A DNA stretch of 58,277 nt. Origin: a virus. A program made the translations under genes and the position numbers. The notes beneath the pieces are model-generated. The model searched no databases and had not been told where the DNA came from. It saw only the letters and a program-made list of their open reading frames with translations. Location: positions 1-58,277 of the IMG/VR virus record IMGVR_UViG_3300045988_058281; one strand, 5' to 3'. Shown here one piece after another: positions 16,204 to 24,000 of this stretch (positions are counted from its first letter, which is position 1; the number at the start of each line of letters is the position of its first letter).

Positions 16204-16527
16204 TTGAGGAAGCAAGTGTCCGAGCTGGTAGGAGATGACCTGACGGTCAAGGCCGATGGCTCCGTGACCGGTACATTTCATCATGTGACAGGATATACCG
16301 AGTTCAGTTCCGAGCCGGACGAGCAGGAAGGTTATTACTTCCCATTCCACTTGACCAAGACCGGGACCAAGATGACATTTAAGAAAAACGGTTCTCCGAC
16401 CAAGCAGGGCATTACATTTGACCCGGACATTATTTTCCGGGTAACAAAGGATGACACCTTTGAAGTCCTTGTGGATGACAGCAGTGTTGTGAAGTTCAAT
16501 TTTGCTGGGGCCACATTTGAGAGCTAA
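16204..16527 (+). CDS. hypothetical head-associated protein
   Basis: 107-aa ORF. TTG start at 16204, or GTG at 16216. Confidence 0.5.
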   Translation: MRKQVSELVGDDLTVKADGSVTGTFHHVTGYTEFSSEPDEQEGYYFPFHLTKTGTKMTFKKNGSPTKQGITFDPDIIFRVTKDDTFEVLVDDSSVVKFNFAGATFES

Positions 16528-16543
16528 AAAAGCGGGAGGCAGC

Positions 16544-16759
16544 ATGAAGTTTATTCCAAATTACCGCGTGTGCTACGATGGCCGATTTTATGAGGCTGGT
16601 GTTCAGTTCCCTATCAAGGCCGACGACGCGGATATGATGAAGCGGCACGGGACGGTGTTGGATGAACCGACGCCGCCTCCCGCCGCACCTAAAAAGCCGG
16701 GCAGACCTAGGAGGGCGGACAATGGACAATCTGGCGAGGTTGAAACTCCGCACGAATGA
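16544..16759 (+). CDS. hypothetical protein
   Basis: ATG at 16544 follows GGGAGG. 71 aa with a Pro/Lys-rich tail. Confidence 0.5.
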   Translation: MKFIPNYRVCYDGRFYEAGVQFPIKADDADMMKRHGTVLDEPTPPPAAPKKPGRPRRADNGQSGEVETPHE

Positions 16760-17027
16760 GCCGGACGATGCTATCCTGGAGGACTGCCTAGAAAGCGCAA
16801 AAGCGGCGATCATGGCGAGGCGATATCCTTTCCAGGAGTGGCCGGACGAACTGGAAAGCCGGTATCTGGATTTGCAGTTCCGGGTGGCTCTTGCAATTTA
16901 CAACAAGCAGGGCGGTGAATTTGAAACTGCTCACACTGAAAACGGCGTGTCCAGGTCTTACGGTTCGGAGGGGATTCCACAGGAACTTCTTTTAGAAGTG
17001 ACACCGCTTGCAAAGACCATGCAGTAG
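16722..17027 (+). CDS. head-tail connector (gp6-like)
   Basis: ATG at 16722 follows TAGGAGGG. LKLRTNEPDDAILEDCLESAKAAI is typical of gp6-like connectors. Confidence 0.65.
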   Translation: MDNLARLKLRTNEPDDAILEDCLESAKAAIMARRYPFQEWPDELESRYLDLQFRVALAIYNKQGGEFETAHTENGVSRSYGSEGIPQELLLEVTPLAKTMQ

Positions 17028-17093
17028 GGGGCGATTATCTTCCGCAATTTTTTAGCAAATACACAGCCTATTTTTTTCAAAAACCTTGTTGGT

Positions 17094-17540
17094 ATGGAAG
17101 AGCTGGTTGATGAATTCGGGAACAGTCTCGGAAGTTACCTCCCCATTTACAGCGCATTGAAATCCGCTATGCTGTGTGTCTCCCCAAACAAGGGAAATTC
17201 CGAAGTGGAGCAGTTTGGCTCTTTGGAAGATTACGATCGGACGGCAACCACCGCAGACACGGCCTGCCAAATTGACGAGGATTCTGTTTTGTGGGTAGAT
17301 GGGGCCGATACTGACGGCCCGTATAACTACATTGTGAAGCGGAAAGCACCGTGGAAGAACAGTATTCAATACGCTATCAAAAAGGTTTCTGTATCCGAGT
17401 ACGAAGCGGAACAAAAACTGTTTGATAGAAAAGCAGAGATTGAGGCGGCGATGCTAAGTGCCAAAGATCAAACTGAAGCTGAGCACGGACTCGATCAACC
17501 AAGCGTTGAAGGAAGTCAAGGCGTATCAGAAGAAGGTTGA
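17094..17540 (+). CDS. putative head-closure protein (N-terminus uncertain)
   Basis: The frame is open from the upstream TAG (17025..17027). The first canonical start is ATG at 17094. Call is mainly by position. Confidence 0.45.
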   Translation: MEELVDEFGNSLGSYLPIYSALKSAMLCVSPNKGNSEVEQFGSLEDYDRTATTADTACQIDEDSVLWVDGADTDGPYNYIVKRKAPWKNSIQYAIKKVSVSEYEAEQKLFDRKAEIEAAMLSAKDQTEAEHGLDQPSVEGSQGVSEEG

Positions 17541-17940
17541 AAAAGCCGCTGATGATCTGGTGAGAAGGCTCACAGAGCAAGGCGTATCCCTGGCCCAATT
17601 GAATGCATCCTATATGGATATCTATGACACTGGAGAACTGATGCGTGGCATTGAAAGCCAGTACAAAGGAAAGATTGGATTTGTTGTGTCCACAGCTACA
17701 CACTCCATCTTCTGTGAGTTCGGAACGGGCATCGTTGGAGCACAGAACCCGCATCCAGAGGTTGCGATTGCTGGATGGAGATACGATGTGAACGAGCATG
17801 GGCAACTAGGCTGGTGGTACATTGGTCGAGACGGAAAATCCCACTGGACAAAGGGAATGCCAAGCCGACCGTACATGTACGAGACCGCTAAGATGTTACG
17901 TAGCATGGTTGTGCCACTGGCAAAGGAGGTAATGTGTTGA
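17458..17940 (+). CDS. HK97 gp10-family tail-completion protein
   Basis: GTG start. IFCEFGTG motif and size are typical of the family. Confidence 0.7.
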   Translation: MPKIKLKLSTDSINQALKEVKAYQKKVEKAADDLVRRLTEQGVSLAQLNASYMDIYDTGELMRGIESQYKGKIGFVVSTATHSIFCEFGTGIVGAQNPHPEVAIAGWRYDVNEHGQLGWWYIGRDGKSHWTKGMPSRPYMYETAKMLRSMVVPLAKEVMC

Positions 17941-18344
17941 TAGACATTGAATCGTTCCTTTTCAGTCAAATCGCAGGGGCGCTTCGTTCCACTTATGATG
18001 GAATTTTTGTGTCTGGCGAATATGTAGACAGCCCCGCAAAATTTCCGGCCGTCACCATCGTTGAAAGCGACAACAACGTGCTTCAAAAAATGAGAACGGC
18101 AGCGCCAAATCTGGAAAACGCCGTATCGCTGATGTACGAGGTAAACGTCTACACGAACAGTGTAGGGTACAAGAAGTCCGAGGCAAAGGATATCATGGAG
18201 ACCATCGACAATGAGTTTTCCAAGATTGGCTTCACAAGAACCATGTGCAATCCAGTGTCCAACTTGCAGGACGCCACTATTTACCGCATTGTCGCCCGGT
18301 ATGAGGGCGTAGCGGACAAGAATTTTAGAATCTACACAAAATAA
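17934..18344 (+). CDS. putative tail terminator protein
   Basis: GTG/TTG start after AGGAGG. 136 aa immediately upstream of the major tail gene. Confidence 0.5.
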   Translation: MLIDIESFLFSQIAGALRSTYDGIFVSGEYVDSPAKFPAVTIVESDNNVLQKMRTAAPNLENAVSLMYEVNVYTNSVGYKKSEAKDIMETIDNEFSKIGFTRTMCNPVSNLQDATIYRIVARYEGVADKNFRIYTK

Positions 18345-18355
18345 AAAGGGCTGAC

Positions 18356-18383
18356 AGTGCCGAGTGCCTTTGTGCCAAGTGCC
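18356..18383 (+). promoter_or_regulatory. AGTGCCAAGTGCC motif pair C (major tail leader)
   Basis: AGTGCCGAGTGCC at 18356..18368 and TGTGCCAAGTGCC at 18371..18383. Confidence 0.75.
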
Positions 18384-18412
18384 TCCCTAAAAAATTAGGA
18401 GGTACTATTTTT
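18378..18412 (+). terminator. terminator-like hairpin that sequesters the RBS
   Basis: 12-bp stem with one bulge (18378..18390 / 18395..18406), AAAA loop, then ATTTTT. The 3' arm contains AGGAGG (18397..18402). ATG is at 18413. Confidence 0.7.
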
Positions 18413-18931
18413 ATGGCTGGAATCCAACTTAGCACCGCGGGCGTGAAACTCCTTTATGCGGCTGAGGCCACGGCTGGCACCCGCCCTACTACGGGCTATA
18501 AAGAGATTAGCGAAATCAAGAGCATCCCGGAACTGAACCCAGAGCCTGATAACCTGGAGACAACCACGCTGGCGGAAACCGAATGGAAAACCTACATCCC
18601 GGGCCTGAAGGATATTGGAGGTGCGCTGTCCTTTACGGCAAACCTGACCGAAAAGTCTATGGAGGAATGGGAGGGAGTTGTTGATGCCTATGATACGGCG
18701 GCTGCTGATAATAAGGCAACCTGGTTCTGTATCTTGATTCCTGGTCTGACTAAGGTCCTGTATTTTACCGGGAAGCCCTCCCCGATGGGTATGCCCGGTA
18801 TGGAGGTTTCCGCTGTCCTGGAGACGACCCTTTACATCACCCCGACCGGTGCGCCTCAGTGGGAGGCTAAGCCTACTGATCTGGAGACAATGAGTCTCAA
18901 GTCCGCGAGAAGTAAGACTGTAGAAGTTTAA
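18413..18931 (+). CDS. major tail protein
   Basis: 172 aa. The MAGIQLSTAGVKLLYA...TTTL pattern is typical of siphovirus major tail proteins. Confidence 0.8.
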   Translation: MAGIQLSTAGVKLLYAAEATAGTRPTTGYKEISEIKSIPELNPEPDNLETTTLAETEWKTYIPGLKDIGGALSFTANLTEKSMEEWEGVVDAYDTAAADNKATWFCILIPGLTKVLYFTGKPSPMGMPGMEVSAVLETTLYITPTGAPQWEAKPTDLETMSLKSARSKTVEV

Positions 18932-18943
18932 GGAGGAAAAGAC

Positions 18944-19315
18944 ATGAGCGATAAGATCATTGATATGAAGGACCGAGTTAATCCTGCCCGTGTAACTGAC
19001 CATGATACTGGAACGGTTTATGAACTGGACTTCACTAGAGAGAGCGTAAAGTTTGCGGAGAACCGTGGATTCAAGGTTGACGAACTGACGGTTTTCCCCG
19101 TGACCAGAATCCCGGAGCTGTTCTACTATGCGTTCAGAAAGAACCATAAGAATGTGTCCCGGTCCCAGACCGATGATCTTCTGGAAGGTATGGGAGGTAT
19201 GACAACTGCCCTGCTGGAGAGGCTGATGCAGCTTTACAATCAGGCCGCTCTTACACATCTTATCGCCACTGACGAGGATGCCGTAAAAAACGCGAAGGTG
19301 ACTGTGGAGCTGTAA
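18944..19315 (+). CDS. tail assembly chaperone (gpG-like)
   Basis: 123 aa between the major tail and tape measure genes. GGAGGAAAAG RBS. Confidence 0.7.
   Translation: MSDKIIDMKDRVNPARVTDHDTGTVYELDFTRESVKFAENRGFKVDELTVFPVTRIPELFYYAFRKNHKNVSRSQTDDLLEGMGGMTTALLERLMQLYNQAALTHLIATDEDAVKNAKVTVEL
19285..19291 (+). promoter_or_regulatory. programmed -1 frameshift slippery heptamer A_AAA_AAC
   Basis: In-frame GTA AAA AAC in the chaperone ORF. The -1 frame is open from 19273 through 19701. Confidence 0.6.
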
Positions 19316-19701
19316 AAGGCCCACAGTCCTTCACGGATCTATTTGAAGCGGAGTGCCCCTACTATCTGTCCATCGGCATGACTTGGGAACAGTATTGGTA
19401 TGGCGATGTATGGATGGTAGAGGGATTCCGTGAGGCAGATAAGCTTAATCGGAGAAGGACAAATGCGGCGGCCCACATGATGGGAATGTACATTTATGAA
19501 GCCTTCTGTGATGTAGCTCCAGTTCTCCATGCTTTTGCAAAGAAGGGCACGAAGCCTATTCCCTATAGAACAGAGCCGTATCCAATGAGAGGAGAAGAAA
19601 AGACAAAGCTGGAATCAAGTCAAGAGATTGAAAACGAGCGTTTGAAAGCACAGCTTTTCTTCAGAAATTGGGCTAGATCTGCCCAAAAGAAATTCGGATA
19701 G
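19291..19701 (+). CDS. -1 frame extension of the tail chaperone (gpGT-like C-terminal part)
   Basis: The -1 frame relative to 18944..19315 encodes ...DLFEAECPYYLSIGMTWEQYWYGD... An internal ATG at 19378 has no RBS. Confidence 0.6.
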   Translation, partial: REGDCGAVKGPQSFTDLFEAECPYYLSIGMTWEQYWYGDVWMVEGFREADKLNRRRTNAAAHMMGMYIYEAFCDVAPVLHAFAKKGTKPIPYRTEPYPMRGEEKTKLESSQEIENERLKAQLFFRNWARSAQKKFG

Positions 19702-19724
19702 TTCTCCGGTTTGTACCTTGAAAA

Positions 19725-19752
19725 CTTTATATTGAGATAGCGGAGATTTTGA
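19725..19752 (+). repeat. repeat copy 1 (CTTTATATTGAGATAGCGGAGATTTTGA)
   Basis: 19725..19743 is the exact reverse complement of 20946..20964. 19731..19752 matches 20338..20359 at 20 of 22 positions. Confidence 0.85.
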
Positions 19753-19787
19753 AAAAAGAATTTCTGTAAAAATTATATCGACAGAAT

Positions 19788-19816
19788 TTGATAGCGGGAA
19801 AAATGGAGTATATAAT
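19788..19816 (+). promoter_or_regulatory. consensus sigma-A promoter of toxin locus 2
   Basis: TTGATA (19788..19793), 17 nt, TATAAT (19811..19816). 6 nt further downstream is the G of GTGGAAACCC. Confidence 0.7.
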
Positions 19817-19951
19817 GATAACGTGGAAACCCGCTGTCGCAATAGAGAGAGACAGCGACGGTTAAAAGGACGGTTGCCTGACATCCCGCGAGTGCGGAAT
19901 GGAGGCGTGTATAGAGCCCTCGCGGGAAATTTTCCTGGGGAGGTGATATAC

Positions 19952-20038
19952 ATAACTCTTCAAAATTTGTTTTGGATCGTTTCTATCATCTGGATCATTA
20001 TCCAGGTGTGGGATAAATTCCGAGACAAAAAGAAGTGA
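19952..20038 (+). CDS. 28-aa hydrophobic Lys-tailed peptide, locus 2 (no AUG; putative AUA start)
   Basis: ITLQNLFWIVSIIWIIIQVWDKFRDKKK. ATA lies 8 nt after GGAGG (19939..19943). The alternative GTG at 19943 overlaps the RBS. Confidence 0.5.
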   Translation: MTLQNLFWIVSIIWIIIQVWDKFRDKKK

Positions 20039-20141
20039 GCCGTCTGCCGCAAACAGAAGGCTCACTGCGTGGTTGGGGCTGACACCCCGGCTATGTATGG
20101 AGTAGCTTATGTACTGTGGCAACCGTCTTTAGGGTTTCCAC
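20025..20141 (-). ncRNA. candidate antisense (antitoxin) RNA of locus 2
   Basis: Minus-strand promoter is TTGATT (20175..20170), 16 nt, TATAAT (20153..20148). Terminator hairpin at 20065..20035, with a U-tract templated by the Lys codons. Confidence 0.55.
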
Positions 20142-20195
20142 ACTTTTATTATAGTATTTTAGGGAAAAAAATCAAGCGATTTTGAAAAAAATATC

Positions 20196-20224
20196 TTGCA
20201 ATCTTAGCGAGCGAATAGTATAAT
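20196..20224 (+). promoter_or_regulatory. sigma-A promoter of the moron ORF
   Basis: TTGCAA (20196..20201), 17 nt, TATAAT (20219..20224). Confidence 0.6.
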
Positions 20225-20337
20225 ATTTCCCTGCTTTCAAATGGTCTTAAAAATTATCTCTCAACTTTATCACAAGTAAATTCTTTTGTCAACTGAAAAT
20301 GGAGATTTGACGAAAATAAATTCGATGTCTTAAGTTA

Positions 20338-20359
20338 ATTGGGATAGCAGAGATTTTGA
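20338..20359 (+). repeat. repeat copy 2 (direct; ATTGGGATAGCAGAGATTTTGA)
   Basis: Matches 19731..19752 at 20 of 22 positions. Lies about 50 nt upstream of ORF 20410. Confidence 0.8.
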
Positions 20360-20409
20360 TTGCTTCCTCCCTCGAATTATGGTAAGATTTGGGGGGGAGG
20401 GGATATTTT

Positions 20410-20859
20410 ATGAGATGCCCTGTAATAGTACAAAGAGAAAGTAAAAGTGCTGGAGCATTGGGTGGAATAATAATTAAAATAGACTCTTCTGAGGTTGCAA
20501 AAATTCAAAACGGAAAAAGTGTAAAATTATTTGTAGAAGAGGGAAATCACACAATTTCGTTTTGCGTTGGTCGGAAAGCAATCAAAACGTTGAATTTTTC
20601 GGCCTTCCCCGATCAGGATGAAATATTTATCAAATGTTATATAAAATCGAATTGGGGAATTACGCCTGTTATAGAAGCTTATATATCGAATGTTGTTGTA
20701 GCAACAGACAGAACAAATGACAATGGTACACAAACAAACAATAAGTCCGCATGGAAGCAAATTCCTTTGTTAGTTCGTATTGTTATTTGGATTTTTGCTA
20801 TTGGATTTCTATGGCAATTCATTGTCGGATTTTTCTGGGGAATGTCCATTGGGCTTTAA
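20410..20859 (+). CDS. moron-encoded C-terminally membrane-anchored protein
   Basis: 149 aa with a GGGGGGAGGGG RBS. AT-rich, with its own promoter and terminator. The C-terminal TM region is IPLLVRIVIWIFAIGFLWQFIVGFFWG. Confidence 0.7.
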   Translation: MRCPVIVQRESKSAGALGGIIIKIDSSEVAKIQNGKSVKLFVEEGNHTISFCVGRKAIKTLNFSAFPDQDEIFIKCYIKSNWGITPVIEAYISNVVVATDRTNDNGTQTNNKSAWKQIPLLVRIVIWIFAIGFLWQFIVGFFWGMSIGL

Positions 20860-20868
20860 TAAATTTAT

Positions 20869-20908
20869 TTACCCTCCGCTTAGAAATAGGCGGAGGGTAA
20901 AATTTTTT
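20869..20908 (+). terminator. intrinsic terminator
   Basis: TTACCCTCCGC pairs with GCGGAGGGTAA (11 bp), followed by AATTTTTT. Confidence 0.85.
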
Positions 20909-20945
20909 GGAAATCTTGAAAAGATAACTAAATAACTCGAAGTCC

Positions 20946-20964
20946 CCGCTATCTCAATATAAAG
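20946..20964 (-). repeat. repeat copy 3 (inverted)
   Basis: CCGCTATCTCAATATAAAG is the reverse complement of 19725..19743. Confidence 0.85.
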
Positions 20965-20990
20965 GAGGCAGCGGGGATCTTTATATTTTC

Positions 20991-21018
20991 AGTGCCAAGT
21001 GCCACAGTGCCAAGTGCC
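20991..21018 (+). promoter_or_regulatory. AGTGCCAAGTGCC motif pair D (tape measure leader)
   Basis: Exact 13-mers at 20991..21003 and 21006..21018. Confidence 0.75.
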
Positions 21019-21040
21019 ATACTTAAAAAGGTGGTGGCAC
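21014..21040 (+). promoter_or_regulatory. hairpin enclosing the tape-measure RBS
   Basis: GTGCCA (21014..21019) pairs with TGGCAC (21035..21040). The loop contains AAGGTGG. ATG is at 21042. No U-tract. Confidence 0.45.
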
Positions 21041-21041
21041 C

Positions 21042-24000
21042 ATGGCCGTTGACATTGATAGTCTGCAAATTGAAATAGAGGCAACTTCGAGTGATGCGGC
21101 GGCAAAAATCGACGCATTGGCTACCGCTCTGACCAACTTGAAAGCAGCGGCTAAAGGCGGAGCAGGGCTGACTACGGTCTCTAAGCAAATGCAGGCACTT
21201 GCATCGGCCGCAGCCAGCTTAAATAACACGGGCATAGGCAAGCTAAGAAAAATTGCGCCAGCATTAAATGCCTTATCCAGTGTTCAGAAGTCAAGTGGAC
21301 TGTCTTCGACTGTAAATGCGTTATCAAAATTATCTTCTGTTAGCGAATCTTTGAAAGGAAATTCCATCAAAGAATTTGCATCACAAATGAACCAAGTCGC
21401 CTCTGCTATGCGTCCGCTAGCAACGGAGATGCAGAAGGTATCTAATGGATTCTCAGCTTTCCCAATAAGGATTCAGAAGATCATCCAGAGCAATACCGGA
21501 CTCTCCGCCTCGAACAATAAAGCAGCAAAGAGCTTCGGAGTTCTTGGAACGGGAATTAGTTCCACAACCGCAAAATTAGGGATATATTATTTAGCCTTTC
21601 AGCGTGTAGCAAATATGGCGTCAGATTGGATAAAGTCTGCAAATGACTACATAGAAAATGTAAACCTGTTTCAAGTTTCTATGGGGGAGTTTTATGATGA
21701 GGCATTTGCTTACGCAGAACTACTTAATGATAGGCTAGGTATAGACCCATCGGAGTGGATGCGGGCACAGGGCGTATTTATGTCCATGGCAAACGGTTTC
21801 GGACTTGCCCGCCAGCAGGCGTACGATCTGAGTGAGGGATTGACTGAACTGGCATATGACCTGAGTTCTCTCTACAACGAGGATGTAAGCGAATCTATTT
21901 TGCGGTTACAGTCCGCACTATCTGGTGAAATCGAACCAATTCGAAGGCTTGGTATCTCCATTAGTCAAGCGACGTTGCAGGAATATGCATTAGCACATGG
22001 TATTGATGAAAGTGTTATCTCCATGACAGAACAGGAGAAAGCACTTCTTCGGAGCCTTGTCCTGATGGAAGGTGCAGGTCGCATCGGGGCGATTGGTGAT
22101 TTTGCCAAAACTTTGGAGAGTCCAGCAAACGCCCTCCGTGTTTTGCGGCAGCAAATAACACAGTTGGGACGAGCTATCGGAACCGCCCTTCTCCCTATCA
22201 TTATTCAAATTATACCGTGGGTACAGGCTTTTGTAGAGGTCTTGACAGATGCCATTAGAGCTCTTGCTACCTTTCTTGGATTCACAATGCCAGAATGGGA
22301 GACGAGCGATTGGGCAACTGGAATTACTGATGGAGCATCAGATGCTGAGGACGCTATTGGAGGGGCGACCAGCGCCGCAAAGGAAATGAAAAAAGCCCTC
22401 CTCGGTATTGATGAACTGACTATTTTAGAGCCATCTAATGCTGGTGGATCTGGTGGCATGAGCGGCGGCTCTGGATGGGCAAGCAATTTGGAAATACCTA
22501 ATATTTGGGATAAAAATGCGATACTAGAAATTCAGACAAAAGCTGATGAGGTTAAAAAAGTTTTAGAGGAAGTTCTTTATGATTACGTACTGCCAATCGG
22601 AACGGCATTGGCCGCATGGAAAATAGCCAAAACACTGTCGCCAGAGCTGAAAGCATTAAACGCTTTACTTAGTGGCCTCATGATCTACACGGGAATCTCG
22701 TTGATAGTTGATGGAATTACAGAAGTTTTATTCGGTGATGGATTAACGTGGGAAAGTATTCTCAATGGTGGTGCTGGTGGTCTACTAACAGGGGCAGGTG
22801 TTGGTTCTCTTCTTGCAAAGAAGCTTGGGTTGACCTGGGCAGGTGGGATGCTGGTAGGTGGTCTAGTCGGGCTTGGATTGACCCTTACAGTCATGTCTAT
22901 TATTGCGCAAATCAAAGATGGGCTTAATTTGGGAAATACGATGCTCAATGCCATAGGTGGGGCCTTAGCCGGTGGTGCGCTTGGCGGGTATTTTGCATTT
23001 AGGAGAAACTTAAATCCTGCCCAAGGAGTCATCGGAGGACTGACTGCTGGAATCGGCATATCTCTCCTGATTTCTTCGATAATTTCTATCGCAAAAGACG
23101 GGTTGAACATTGTAAACGGAATTATGGGGGCAATCGGTGGGGCACTTGCCGGATTTGGTATCGGAATGATTTTTGGAGGTGGCGCTGGAGCAGCCATCGG
23201 ACTTGTTATAGGTGTTGGGGTGTCTCTCGTCATAGAGGGTATTACTGCACAAATCGGCGGTGGTGCTCCAAGCCTATCTGGAGGACTTATGACCATTCTC
23301 GGATCTGCATTAGCTGGGGCTGGGATTGGCTCTTTGGTCCCTGTTGTTGGAACCGCAGCTGGAGCAGTAATTGGATTTGGGGTCGGCGTTGTTCTGGAAA
23401 TCATAGGAATCAAAGAGGCCGCAAAAGTAGCTTATGAAGCATCTGAAGATTTCCAAATTATGCAAGACATTCTGGATAGATGTACAGATGCATCTAGCAG
23501 AACAAGCTCAGCTATGGACAGCCTAAAAAATGAAATTGCTGACCTGGATGCCACGGTGGCTAACTATGGAATTGCTAGACAACTTGCGGACGATATCTTT
23601 GATATCAACGAAAATGCAAATGCATCTGCATATGAACTCCAGCAAATGGCAGTAAAAGTTGATGTACTGAACGGCTTAAACATTAGTGGACTTAGGTTAT
23701 CCATTGATGAAACAAACGGACGTGTCATCGAAACAAGAGCCAGTGTTGAGCAACTAATTGAATCCTTAGAGCAAGAGGCCAGATATGAGGCTATGCGAGA
23801 CATTCTGGTGCAAACCTACAAAGATCAATACCAAGCCATGCTGGATGTAAAACAGGCAACGCAAGATTATAATGCCGCAAATGAGGCGCTTATGAACACC
23901 ACGCAAGAGTTAAATGATACACCTTGGTATAACTTATCAAGACGTGAAGAATTAAAACTTGCGCAAGAAAAAGAGACGGAGGCATTAGAGGCTGCCAATA

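Larger units (their letters stand above)
19823..20152 (+). other. structured fold-back mRNA of toxin locus 2
   Basis: The 5' GTGGAAACCC (19823..19832) pairs with GGGTTTCCAC (20132..20141). GACGGTTGCC (19869..19878) pairs with GGCAACCGTC (20118..20127). Ends ACTTTTATTAT. Paralog of 36284..36636. Confidence 0.65.

Noticed and set aside
19725-20964. Invertible DNA segment controlled by the serine recombinase (4477..5067)
   Set aside because: The inverted repeats are only 19 bp. A third, direct copy exists. The recombinase is 15 kb away, and the similarity to hix/gix half-sites is weak. Moron boundaries or operator sites are a more economical explanation. The idea remains testable with long reads.
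22685-23413. 242-aa Pro/Ala-rich minus-strand ORF. Similar antisense ORFs lie at 14127..14888, 18395..19324, 33632..34270, 35275..35991 and 47234..47962.
   Set aside because: All are antisense shadows of confidently assigned structural, lysis or replication genes.
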